Source: an uncultured Syntrophobacteraceae bacterium (GTDB taxonomy: Bacteria; Desulfobacterota; Syntrophobacteria; Syntrophobacterales; Syntrophobacteraceae). From it: a DNA stretch of 64,000 nt. Under the pieces are notes generated by a model that was not told where the DNA came from, ran no database searches, and saw only the letters and a list, made by a program, of their open reading frames with translations. The stretch spans positions 68,470-132,469 of the forward strand of contig CAZLCS010000010.1 of the NCBI GenBank assembly GCA_964557955.1, given 5' to 3'. Made by a program: the position numbers and the translations under genes. Positions 1 through 8,878 of this stretch are shown one piece after another (the first letter of the stretch is position 1; every line of letters starts with the position of its first letter).

Positions 1-1014
1 GGCGATATGAACCATGGCCCCCGTGAGCCCTTTGGGAGAGAGGAGGGCCGCCCCCAGCACGATGTAGGAAAGCTGGCCTATGGTAGAGAACGCCAGGCGG
101 CGCTTCAGTTCGTCCTGGGTCAGCGCGATGAGCGAGGCGACGATGATCGTGAATGCGGCGACAAACGCCACAGCGGTCCCAAGATTGAGGGAAGCCAGCA
201 GGTCGAGGCCGAAGACTCCAGTGAGAATGCGGAGAATGCAGAAGACTCCCACCTTGACAACGGCCACGGCGTGAAGCAGGGCGCTCACGGGCGTCGGAGC
301 CACCATGGCCGCCGGGAGCCACGAATGCAGGGGCATGATCCCCGCCTTGGCAAAGCCGAACAGGAACATGAAGAGCAAAACCGCCAGCAGCACCGGCGAG
401 GCCGATGGCGGCAGGAATCCGTGCGGCGAAAACTCCAGGGTTCCGGAGAGATGATACGAGAGGATCATGGCCGGCAGCACCAGCCCGATGGATGTCCCAA
501 CGATATAAAGGAGATACTTGCGGCCCGACCGTCGCGCCTCGGCATCCTGATGGTGAGTGACCAGAGGGTATGTGGCGAACGAAAGCATCTCGTAGAACAG
601 GTAAAGTGTAAAGAGATTGGCGGAAAAGGCCGCGCCGATGGTGGCCGAAAGGGCGAGGGCAAAGAAACAGAAGTAACGGGTCTGTCCGTGCTCGTTCAAT
701 CCCCGCATGTAGCCGATGGAATAGGCCGAGGTGATGATCCAGAGCGACGAGGCTACCAGGGCAAAGAGCATACCGAGGGCATCCACCCGCAAAGCGATGG
801 GCACGCCGGGCAGAACCTCAGCGAGAGTGAAAACCAGTTCCTGCCCCTCCAGGACGACGGGCAGCATGGAAAGGACGATCAGGAACTTCACCCCTGCGGC
901 CGCAAAGGTCCAGGCTTCACGGACGTTGGCATTGCGACTCGAAATCAGGATCGGGACCACCCCGAGAGAAACCAGAACGGCGATCAGCGGTTTGAGGGAA
1001 GTGAGCGGTTCCAA
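1..1014 (-). CDS. Mrp/Mnh antiporter, second NuoL/M/N-family (MrpD/MrpA-like) membrane subunit. Partial: the 3' end lies beyond the window start.
   Basis: Absent from the ORF track because there is no stop in the window. My minus-strand translation from TTG at 1014 reads LEPLTSLKPLIAVLVSLG...FAKAGIMPLHSWLPAAMVAPTPVSALLHAVAVVKVGVF...TQDELKRRLAFSTIGQLSYIV, a proton-pumping NuoL/M/N-type signature. It starts 17 nt after the upstream mrpD stop. Confidence 0.8.
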   Translation of the reverse strand, partial: MEPLTSLKPLIAVLVSLGVVPILISSRNANVREAWTFAAAGVKFLIVLSMLPVVLEGQELVFTLAEVLPGVPIALRVDALGMLFALVASSLWIITSAYSIGYMRGLNEHGQTRYFCFFALALSATIGAAFSANLFTLYLFYEMLSFATYPLVTHHQDAEARRSGRKYLLYIVGTSIGLVLPAMILSYHLSGTLEFSPHGFLPPSASPVLLAVLLFMFLFGFAKAGIMPLHSWLPAAMVAPTPVSALLHAVAVVKVGVFCILRILTGVFGLDLLASLNLGTAVAFVAAFTIIVASLIALTQDELKRRLAFSTIGQLSYIVLGAALLSPKGLTGAMVHIA

Positions 1015-1030
1015 TTCAGTCCACCTGCTT

Positions 1031-2548
1031 TCAGAACATCGCTGCCGGAATGGCGTGGCGAATCACCCGGCCGACGATTTCTCCCGTGTACATACCCACC
1101 AAGATGAGTCCCAAAGCCGTCATCCAAAGGGGCACCAGCATGCCCAGCGGAGCCTCCGATATGGCCGGCGCCGCGTGGCCATGGGCATGGGCATGAGCAT
1201 GGGAGACATCCCCATGTGAAGCCTCCAATGGTTCAAAGTAACCGATCTCGAAAATGCGGAAGAACAGGACCACGTTCACCAGGCTGCTGAATAGCAATGC
1301 CGAGAGAAAGCCGTAATGGCCGCCCTCGACGGCCCCGAGCAGCAGATACCACTTGCTGAAGAAACCGCACGTCGGCGGGACTCCGATGATGGACAGCGCC
1401 CCCAACACCAGTGCCGCCATGGTCCACGGCATGGTTCGAAACAGCCCCTGCAGGCTCTCCAGCCGGCTCTCTCCCCTCACGTGGATGATGCCTCCCACGG
1501 CAAGAAAGAGGCAAAGGGTCATGAGGGCGTCGTTGACGATGTGCAGGACCGACCCCGTGAATCCCGACCGGTTGCCCAGCCAGAACCCGCCCACCATGTA
1601 GCCCACCTCAGCCACCACGATGAAGGTCAGCATCCGCTTGAAATCCTTCTCCGCCAGGGCCATCAGCGAGCCCGCGACGATGGCGACGACAGCCAGCCAC
1701 ACCACGGCGTCGTTCAAGCCCAGGACCCCGAAGGCATAGTCTACCGTAAATACCGTCATGACCATTCGGATCATGACATAGACCATCACCTTGGTCATGA
1801 GCGGGGCCACCAGGCTGCTCACTGGTGAAGGCGCGAAAGTGTAAGCGTTGGGCAGCCACGCGTGAAGGGGAAAGAACCCCATCTTGAGCCATACCCCGAC
1901 CATCATGATGACAAAGGCCACCGTAACCACTCGCGAGTCGTACAGAGGGGTCAGCAAACGTGCAATATCTTGCATGTTCAACGACCCGGTCACGATGTAC
2001 AGATAACCGACCCCGAGCAGATAGAAGCATGCTCCGATGGTGCCCATGAAGATGTAGTTGAGGCTGGCCAGAGGCGCACGGCCCTTTCCCAGCGCGATGA
2101 GGGCATAGCCCGTGATGGCGGCGATCTCGAGCAGCACGTACAGATTGAAGGCGTCGCCGGTAACCACCATCCCCAGAAGGCCGGTGACGAACAGGACGTA
2201 GAGCGTGTAAAAAGCGCCGCTCTTTTCAGGGAACTCCCGCTCCACCGTGGGGCGAGCAGCCCACAGGTTGACAAACCCCACCCCGGAAATCACAACCAAA
2301 ACGAGTGTGTTCAGGTTGTCCACTCGATAGTAGATTCCCCATGGGGGAGCCCAGCCGCCGAACCAGTACAGATCAGGGATGCCCCTGATCACATCGGCGA
2401 GCAGGCCGATGGAGACCAGCAGGCTTCCACCCAGTGCGGCCAGGGCCAGGGGAAAGCACCAGAGGGGCCGGAGCCAGCCGGCAGCACTGACAAAGAAGGC
2501 AGCCAGCAGGGGAATGATGACCAAAAGGGCTGGATAGTGTGCGCTCAT
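1031..2548 (-). CDS. mrpD: Mrp/Mnh antiporter subunit D (NuoN/NuoM-like)
   Basis: 505-aa polytopic membrane ORF. Contains GFFPLHAWLPNAY..APSPVSSLVAPLMTKV and fits the operon context. Confidence 0.9.
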   Translation of the reverse strand: MSAHYPALLVIIPLLAAFFVSAAGWLRPLWCFPLALAALGGSLLVSIGLLADVIRGIPDLYWFGGWAPPWGIYYRVDNLNTLVLVVISGVGFVNLWAARPTVEREFPEKSGAFYTLYVLFVTGLLGMVVTGDAFNLYVLLEIAAITGYALIALGKGRAPLASLNYIFMGTIGACFYLLGVGYLYIVTGSLNMQDIARLLTPLYDSRVVTVAFVIMMVGVWLKMGFFPLHAWLPNAYTFAPSPVSSLVAPLMTKVMVYVMIRMVMTVFTVDYAFGVLGLNDAVVWLAVVAIVAGSLMALAEKDFKRMLTFIVVAEVGYMVGGFWLGNRSGFTGSVLHIVNDALMTLCLFLAVGGIIHVRGESRLESLQGLFRTMPWTMAALVLGALSIIGVPPTCGFFSKWYLLLGAVEGGHYGFLSALLFSSLVNVVLFFRIFEIGYFEPLEASHGDVSHAHAHAHGHAAPAISEAPLGMLVPLWMTALGLILVGMYTGEIVGRVIRHAIPAAMF

Positions 2549-2940
2549 GGCTCTCGAATGTGCTTCAGGATTTCGTCTTCTTCCAGGGTCTGGTATCGGC
2601 GGTAAACCGCTGTGGCAATGGCCAGGGCCACGCCCAGCGTGGCTACCGAGACGACAATGGCGGTGAGCATCAGAACGTGGGGCAATGGATTGATGTAGTC
2701 AACAGCCTGGGCCACCGTGTGAGCGGTGTCATGGCCATGCTCGATGATGGGGATGGTGGCCCCCTTCTTGACTCCGATGGAGACATAGAACAGGATGACG
2801 GCCGTCTGAAATATGTTCATCCCCACGATCTTCTTCACCAAATTGTTCTTGGCGATCATCGCGTAGAGGCCGATCATCATCAGCGTGATGTAAATCCAGT
2901 AGTTGTCCTTTTCTATGATCTGGCGGAGGACGTCTTCCAC
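2545..2940 (-). CDS. mrpC: Mrp/Mnh antiporter subunit C (NuoK-like)
   Basis: 131 aa with three TM segments. Overlaps the mrpD start by 4 nt. Confidence 0.88.
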   Translation of the reverse strand: MEDVLRQIIEKDNYWIYITLMMIGLYAMIAKNNLVKKIVGMNIFQTAVILFYVSIGVKKGATIPIIEHGHDTAHTVAQAVDYINPLPHVLMLTAIVVSVATLGVALAIATAVYRRYQTLEEDEILKHIREP

Positions 2941-2943
2941 GGC

Positions 2944-3783
2944 CTACAACCCCTCGTCATACCGGCCCAGGGAGGCCAGATTCTTGAAGATCCATACCAT
3001 GGTGCCCATGACCGCCATACCCACTCCCACTTCCACAATGAAAATCCCGTGGGAGCGCGCCATGATCGGTCCACCGGGCAAAATGGTGGCCAGGGCCTGA
3101 TAGTCCAGAAAATTGTATCCGAGGATGAGACACAGTGCCCCGGTACCGGCGTAAATGAACACCCCTATGGGGCTGAAGAGGGCGCTCGTCTTTTCTCCCA
3201 TGCGCTTCAAGGCGCTCCTCAGGTTGTGAGACACGGAAAGCAAAATGATACTTGCCCCGAGGATCACCCCTCCCTGAAACCCTCCACCGGGACTGTGGTG
3301 CCCGTGGGCGATGACATACAGGCCGAAAAGCTGGATAAACGGAATGAGGTAACGACAGACCTTCTCGATGATGAAATCGTAGGGCGTCCAGATGCTGTCG
3401 ACCGGCTCAAACTCATGCAGAGGCAGGGAGACCTCTCCTCCGCCCTTGATTCGAAAGGTCAAGCCGGTCAATCGATGCCGGTACTGTCTCTCCGCTGCCC
3501 GCTGAGATCGACGGGAGGGAGGGACCCGCAACAGCAGAAAGCAGGCTACACCGGCCGAAAAAATGACCGTCGTCTCGAACATGGTGTCGAAGCCCCGGTA
3601 ATCGGCCAGGACCGAAGTGACCACATTGGGCACAGCAGTTTCTTCGATGGATTTTTCAATGTAACGGGGCGAGACGTGGGTGCTTGCAGGGGATGCCGGG
3701 TCTCCAAGGGCGGGAAAATCAATGGTGGCGTACTCCAGAACCGCTCCCACCAGAACGACTATGATCAGTCCCAGGATCTTCAA
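2944..3783 (-). CDS. mrpB: Mrp/Mnh antiporter subunit B
   Basis: MnhB-like motifs (VVTSVLADYRGFDTMFETTV and GGGFQGGVILGA). I chose the TTG start at 3783, which overlaps the upstream stop; the longer ORF-track N-terminus looks non-coding. Confidence 0.8.
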   Translation of the reverse strand: MKILGLIIVVLVGAVLEYATIDFPALGDPASPASTHVSPRYIEKSIEETAVPNVVTSVLADYRGFDTMFETTVIFSAGVACFLLLRVPPSRRSQRAAERQYRHRLTGLTFRIKGGGEVSLPLHEFEPVDSIWTPYDFIIEKVCRYLIPFIQLFGLYVIAHGHHSPGGGFQGGVILGASIILLSVSHNLRSALKRMGEKTSALFSPIGVFIYAGTGALCLILGYNFLDYQALATILPGGPIMARSHGIFIVEVGVGMAVMGTMVWIFKNLASLGRYDEGL

Positions 3784-4028
3784 TCCTTCGTCCTCCGAGT
3801 GGTGTGATACACGGCAGCTATGAAAAAGACCGTGCTGACCCCGGCACCCACCGAGGCCTCCGTGAATGCCACGTCCACGGCCCCCATGATGGCCCACAGC
3901 AGGCACATCATAAAACTGTAGGCGCCGAAAAGAATGGCCGCTCCCAGCAGGTCCCGGATCATGATGGCCCCGATCCCGCAAATCACCACCAGCAACAATA
4001 TGAGCAGGTCCAGCTGCCAGATCATCAT
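3780..4028 (-). CDS. Small Mrp membrane subunit (DUF4040 / MrpA C-terminal-like, 'B-prime')
   Basis: MMIWQLDLLILLLVVICGIGAIMIRDLLGAAILFGAYSFMMCLLWAIMGAVDVAFTEA. GGAGG lies 5 nt before the ATG at 4028. Confidence 0.75.
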   Translation of the reverse strand: MMIWQLDLLILLLVVICGIGAIMIRDLLGAAILFGAYSFMMCLLWAIMGAVDVAFTEASVGAGVSTVFFIAAVYHTTRRTKD

Positions 4029-4032
4029 CGGC

Positions 4033-4362
4033 TCACCTCCGAGGCTCCCCCTTCTTCCAGGGCTCCAGGCCGGCGCGAAACCCGGCGTCGCAGATGGCAT
4101 GGGTGGCCGTAGGACTGGCCAGAAAGACGAAAACAACGATCAGCATCAGTTTCAGGCCCGTCAGCACGGAGTCAACGGAAAGGGGGAACAGCTGATGAAT
4201 AGCCAGCCCGAAAAGAGCCAACAAAGCTCCAGAAGTGTCCAGCTTGCCGGCCGGATGCAGCCTGGAGTAAAAGTCGGGAAAGCGCAGGAGGCCCAACGTC
4301 CCACCTGCGAAGAAGATGAGCCCCGCCACCAGGCAGATGACGACGATCACATCGATCACCAT
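4033..4362 (-). CDS. mrpG: Mrp/Mnh antiporter subunit G
   Basis: MVIDVIVVICLVAGLIFFAGGTLGLLRFPDFYSRLHPAGK is the typical MnhG N-terminus. An internal ATG with a GGGGGAG RBS was chosen. Confidence 0.85.
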   Translation of the reverse strand: MVIDVIVVICLVAGLIFFAGGTLGLLRFPDFYSRLHPAGKLDTSGALLALFGLAIHQLFPLSVDSVLTGLKLMLIVVFVFLASPTATHAICDAGFRAGLEPWKKGEPRR

Positions 4363-4446
4363 ACACTCCCCCCCGATTGGCCCACACGAGGCCGGCGTCC
4401 GCACACCATACCGATGTTGGAAGCAAGCCGGGCGCCGCCCTCTGCG

Positions 4447-4737
4447 CTAAAAGGGTTTTTCATAATAGAGCCCCTTCCGCTTCTGGAAATACCGAGCGGC
4501 AGCCAGAACCGCGATGAAATTGAGCAGGGCATAGGCCAGGGCGATGTCGACGAACATGTCCAGTCGGTGGTAAAGCAGGCCGATGAGAATCAGCATGACC
4601 GTTGTCTTGGTTCCGATGGCATTCACTCCGATCATCCGGTCCGGAACCGTGGGGCCGAAGATGCCCCGGTAGAGTGAAAGCAGCATCAGGCCACCGAGAA
4701 ACAGACTGCAACCCAGGAAGAAATCGTCCACCCTCAA
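4447..4737 (-). CDS. mrpF: Mrp/Mnh antiporter subunit F
   Basis: 96 aa, three TM segments, GPTVPDRMIGVNAIGTKT motif. The start overlaps the mrpE stop. Confidence 0.85.
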   Translation of the reverse strand: MRVDDFFLGCSLFLGGLMLLSLYRGIFGPTVPDRMIGVNAIGTKTTVMLILIGLLYHRLDMFVDIALAYALLNFIAVLAAARYFQKRKGLYYEKPF

Positions 4738-5345
4738 TCCTCCCCGAAGGCCCGCGCGATGCGCCGCTCCATCTCCCCGGGAAGTCCATCTCCGCTGTGA
4801 CGGTCGATGGCGTGAACACTGAAGTCCCGGTGAAAATTGACGTAGATCGTAACGGTGCCCGGCGTCAACGTGATGGAATTGGCAAAGGTGATCTGGGCCA
4901 GGTCACTCCTTAATCGGCTCCGAAACCGGACCACCTGTGGGTCTATCAGTTCCAGCATCCGAGGGTGGAAAGAAAGATACAGTACATGCAGAGCCGAAAG
5001 GAAAATTTGATAGAGAAGCCAGGGCAGGTACCCCAGAAACCTGAAAGCCGTGCGAAAGGTTGTTCGGGTCAGGGGTCTGGCGAAGAGAAGGTCCGCGCTG
5101 AAATACGAAACAAGGGCGCAGGACAGCACGCCCAGAGACAGGTGGAAGGAGTCGAACTTCCCCGACAGCACGCACCACAGCACCATCATAATGATAAAGG
5201 TACCCACGTAAGCAGAACCGCATGGTTTTGAAGAATCCCGGGTTAGAGACCGGAAGAAGGCAGCTCCGTAAGCGGAGTGCGTCGTCTTACTCCGTTTAGG
5301 GGCGGGAAGGTCGTGCTTTGACTGTTCTGCGGTGTCTTCTTTCAT
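4734..5345 (-). CDS. mrpE: Mrp/Mnh antiporter subunit E
   Basis: MnhE-like core (WCVLSGKFDSFHLSLGVL ... ITLTPGTVTI). The start is uncertain (5345 or 5402). A TTGACA -35-like hexamer on the minus strand at 5413-5418 favours 5345. Confidence 0.75.
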   Translation of the reverse strand: MKEDTAEQSKHDLPAPKRSKTTHSAYGAAFFRSLTRDSSKPCGSAYVGTFIIMMVLWCVLSGKFDSFHLSLGVLSCALVSYFSADLLFARPLTRTTFRTAFRFLGYLPWLLYQIFLSALHVLYLSFHPRMLELIDPQVVRFRSRLRSDLAQITFANSITLTPGTVTIYVNFHRDFSVHAIDRHSGDGLPGEMERRIARAFGED

Positions 5346-5530
5346 ATCATTCCCAATATGATCGTAATATGAAAATTTTTGCAGGGACCTCTCTAATACC
5401 AATCCCGGATTTTGTCAAATCGAATCAAGGGTCGGCAGGAATTTGTCTATGGGAAGATCAGGTCCGAATCGAGGTCAAGCCATTCGAAACCGAATATCCC
5501 AATCTCCGGGGCAGGCTCGTTGGTATCTAA

Positions 5531-5677
5531 GTACATCTCCACACAATCGAGTGTCCAATACTTGGGTCGTCATTCCGGCAGTTTTCAAGCCGGAATCCAC
5601 AAAAGAAACTGGGTGCCGGCCAAAAGACTGCCGGCATGACGAGGTGAAAACGGACATACTCTTTTGTGAAACTGTAC
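5531..5677. mobile_element. MITE-like palindromic element, copy A (147 bp)
   Basis: GTACAT...CTGTAC with imperfect inverted arms of about 50 bp (GTCGTCATTCCGGCAG / CTGCCGGCATGACGA core) and a palindromic centre. Flanks are C-TAA|element|TGA-G. About 88% identical to copy B by eye. Confidence 0.7.
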
Positions 5678-6053
5678 TGAGCAGAAGACGCCGTGGGAAA
5701 GCTGACCCATCCCGCGACATCGAAACACGTCCACGTGGTGTTCCGGGGCAAACGTTCAGGTGGGATGGTGACCGGTCATGTGTAACAAGTCGGCTTGCTT
5801 GAACGAGCGGTGCTCAAGCTTCCACAAAAGGGAATCCCGATTCCGAAACAATAGCTGCATGGCTCAAAGCGAATTCCATCGCAGGGGATGGCTGCCCTGA
5901 GCTCTTCATCCATTCACGGTGTACTGCCTGCCGCGACGTTCACCTATCCCTCTCCTGGAATGTTGAACGGCATCCATCGTGGTTGAATCCTGCGCTGCCA
6001 TGGAGAGTATGCCGGAGTCAATCAGGTGGGGGATATGAAGCGATTTGAGGTGT

Positions 6054-7553
6054 CTAAAGATCCCTGGCGATAGAGATGTAAAAGGTAGTGTGGACCCCGG
6101 GCTGGGATTCGAGCCAGATGCGGCCGCGATGCTTTTCGACGATGGTCTTGACAATGGCGAGGCCGAGACCGGTTCCCTCGACGCCGCGTGATGTTTCGTT
6201 GCGCTGAAACTGTTCGAAGATCTTGTCGGAATCCTCCTGCTGGATGCCCACACCGTTATCCTTGACGAGAAAGGTGTGGAATTCACCCGACTCCTGATAC
6301 CCGATTTCGATGCGGCTCAGCTTGTTTCCTCCATATTTCAGGGCATTGTCCACCAGATTGCGGAAAACGCGCAGCATGCACTGCCTGTCCGCACGGATTG
6401 TCGGGATGCTTTCCGGTTCGACCCACGCAATTTGACGAACCCCCAGGAGCGCTCCGAATTCTTCCCGGACCATGTGCAATACTTCGAGAGGATCCATGGA
6501 TTCGAACTGCAGTGCGACCTCCTTGGCCCTGATGTAGGCATTGATTTCCTCCACGAGGGCAACAGCGTGCTCGGAAGTCTTCAGGATCTGGCTGCAAAAG
6601 GACTTGCCCCGCTCATCCAGATATTCATCGTAGCGTTTGCAAAGCAGGCGAACCAGTCCGTGGATGCCAATGAGGGGGCTCTTCAAATCGTGTGAGATGG
6701 AGTAGGCGAAGAGCTTGATCTTCTCGGCGTTTTCCTGCAGCGCTTTCTCCATCTGCTTGCGCTCGGTGATGTCCAGAGAATACTCGATCATCTGAACCAC
6801 GTTTCCCTGCTGGTCGAATATGGGGTACCCGTGCACTTCGTAGTCCCTGGGATTGCCATCCCGGTCGAAGTGGACATGTTCGACGGTCACCGGTTTCCTG
6901 GTCTGTTTCACGACCGCCAGAGGGCAGGTGTGCTCCGGCTCAGTGCACGGAGAACTTCGACGATGGGTCAATGCGTAGCAGGTCGTTGTGGGTGTCAGAG
7001 GCCCGAAGCGAGCTGCGGAGTTGGCCATCTTGATGACGTAGGTTTCGGCGTCAAGGACGTAGAATGGATGCGGCAGCGATTCCAGGACATTTCTGAGGAA
7101 CTCGTTCTGTTGGCGTATCTTCTTCTCTGATTTCTGGAGGTCGGAAACGTTGATCAGGATTCCAAGATACTGCTGAGCTCCTCCCTCGTCGTCCGTCTGG
7201 GCCATCGCTGACCAGAGCATTTCCCGGGCCTGACCGTCCCTGCCGAGCAGTTGAATGGGGGCGTCTTTCAGACGCCCGGTGTCCAGGAGGATTTGCCAGC
7301 TTATCTCAAACGAAGACTTGTAAGCGCCCTCGGCTATGAAGTCAGCAAAATGCCTGCCCACAACCTGGCCTGCTTCATACCCCGTCACCTCCAGCCAGAA
7401 GCTGTTCACATTCCGAATGACCCCATTGGCATCAGCGGAAAAGTACATCACGGGGGCGTGCTGGATGAGAGCCTCGCAGACACCTCCCACGTTCCAGTCA
7501 AACGGATACCCGGATTCGACGGGATCCTCAGATTCAGATCGTGACCGCGTCAT
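6054..7553 (-). CDS. PAS-domain sensor histidine kinase (PAS-PAS-HisKA-HATPase_c), cytoplasmic
   Basis: H-box FAYSISHDLKSPL. N/G boxes NLVDNALKYGG and DNGVGI..GTGLGLAIV. Confidence 0.9.
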   Translation of the reverse strand: MTRSRSESEDPVESGYPFDWNVGGVCEALIQHAPVMYFSADANGVIRNVNSFWLEVTGYEAGQVVGRHFADFIAEGAYKSSFEISWQILLDTGRLKDAPIQLLGRDGQAREMLWSAMAQTDDEGGAQQYLGILINVSDLQKSEKKIRQQNEFLRNVLESLPHPFYVLDAETYVIKMANSAARFGPLTPTTTCYALTHRRSSPCTEPEHTCPLAVVKQTRKPVTVEHVHFDRDGNPRDYEVHGYPIFDQQGNVVQMIEYSLDITERKQMEKALQENAEKIKLFAYSISHDLKSPLIGIHGLVRLLCKRYDEYLDERGKSFCSQILKTSEHAVALVEEINAYIRAKEVALQFESMDPLEVLHMVREEFGALLGVRQIAWVEPESIPTIRADRQCMLRVFRNLVDNALKYGGNKLSRIEIGYQESGEFHTFLVKDNGVGIQQEDSDKIFEQFQRNETSRGVEGTGLGLAIVKTIVEKHRGRIWLESQPGVHTTFYISIARDL

Positions 7554-7767
7554 ATGCTTCTCCGTCGGAACATCTCGGCCCCTGCCCGTATTCCCTTGGC
7601 AGGACCTGTTTCACCATGAATTATAGCCACGCTCGGCGACAAATCGAGAGTCGAAAAGGGGAGATTTGGTTGTCACAGATGTCGACCGGTCGCCGGGCTA
7701 CCGCGCTGCACGAAAAGGCAGAGCAGCTCTGACGGACTTGCATGCTCTTCAACCAAATTCCGGCGGA

Positions 7768-8877
7768 TCAAAAGACGCTCTTGTGAAATCGCTGACCTTT
7801 CCAGCTCAGGATGGCTCCCTCCGGGGTGATTTCCTCCAGTCGAAGCCCACTGGTCACTTCCTCACCTTCCCGCATTCTCCTGCCGTTGATGGTCACCATG
7901 CGCTCTTCAGGTCGATCCGAGTAGACGAGGAAAGAAAAGGTGAGCCTCGGAACTTCGTGGCGGATGCCGGGTGGCATGTCGTAGAGCTCTTTCGTTCCCT
8001 GAGGTCTGGACAAGGCCTTGTGCTGCGCAGGTTCGCCACGCCGGGGCGTCATGGGATCGGGAGCTGGCCGCTCCTCAACTGGAGCTGGCGGAGCGGCCGG
8101 GCGTTGTGCTTTTTCGACGGCTGGGGACTGTGTGACGACCGGCCGGCTGTTGGTGGCTTCCGCCGCTCTGGGAACAGTCGGCGGCGCGGTGGCAAAGCTC
8201 TGCTGCGCTGCGGCCGGCTTTTTCACGGGAGCGGCCGGGACCCCGGGGGGCCGATCGCGCAGCTTTGAACCGAAACGGTCTTCAGCCTGTGCGGCCGTTG
8301 TCGAAATGGTCTTGCCTTCGCGATTTGCGGCGGCTGCAGGAGGGGAGGGGACCCCGGCGGCGGCCGTCTTTGAAGCGGAATTCGGAGGAGGTGCTGCAGG
8401 TGCCGCAATTTCCGTTGTGCCGGCAGGTTCGGTGGATGAGGAAACGGCCGCCTGTCCTGCGGGCGGAACGGATACTGAGGGTTCACCTTTGCCCGCAGAG
8501 TCTGCAGGTGTCAAGGAGCTGGGCGCCCGCGCAGATCCAACAGAAGGTGCGGCCTCCGGTGGCTCGGCCGCGAGCTTCTCCCGGGGAGGGCCGGCTTCCG
8601 GCGATTGTGACGGATGCCATTGCCTTGCATTCTTTGCTTCGGACATGCCGGGTTCCTGGACCGCCTTCGGCGGTGTCTCCACCCGTGCTTCCCAGGGACG
8701 AAGCGCCATGAGAACAACTCCGGCGTTGACAGCCAGCGCGATGACCAGCAAATAGGGCCATGTGCGACGCCGTTTCCCTCGATTCGGCTTGTAGGACTGA
8801 ACGGTGCCGATGCCGGGCGCCTTGCCCTGCTGACGTTCGGCCTCAGATTTTTTCAGTGCATCCAGTATGTAAGACAT
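7768..8877 (-). CDS. GspB/ExeB-like protein (N-terminal TM, long Pro/Ala-rich linker, C-terminal GspB domain)
   Basis: Begins MSYILDALKKSEAERQQGK (ATG at 8877, 2 nt after the exeA-like stop). The C-terminus LVYSDRPEERMVTINGRRMREGEEV..LRLEEITPEGAIL is typical of GspB. Confidence 0.75.
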   Translation of the reverse strand: MSYILDALKKSEAERQQGKAPGIGTVQSYKPNRGKRRRTWPYLLVIALAVNAGVVLMALRPWEARVETPPKAVQEPGMSEAKNARQWHPSQSPEAGPPREKLAAEPPEAAPSVGSARAPSSLTPADSAGKGEPSVSVPPAGQAAVSSSTEPAGTTEIAAPAAPPPNSASKTAAAGVPSPPAAAANREGKTISTTAAQAEDRFGSKLRDRPPGVPAAPVKKPAAAQQSFATAPPTVPRAAEATNSRPVVTQSPAVEKAQRPAAPPAPVEERPAPDPMTPRRGEPAQHKALSRPQGTKELYDMPPGIRHEVPRLTFSFLVYSDRPEERMVTINGRRMREGEEVTSGLRLEEITPEGAILSWKGQRFHKSVF

Positions 8878-8878
8878 C

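Noticed and set aside
7-3807. Plus-strand ORFs 7-1107, 1862-2605 and 2539-3807 across the Mrp operon.
   Set aside because: They are highly charged (R/H/D/E/G-rich) translations opposite polytopic membrane genes. The minus-strand reading gives canonical Mrp subunits.
5443-5802. Short ORFs overlapping the MITE copies: 5443-5802, 5475-5720, 5527-5751, 24094-24552, 24179-24532, 29260-29742 and 63730-63990. They give recurring peptides such as SSCRQSFGRHP...GLKTAGMTT.
   Set aside because: The shared peptides are simply translations of the repeated palindromic DNA in both orientations. Frames and ends differ between copies and no RBS is present, so I interpret the sequence as a non-coding repeat.
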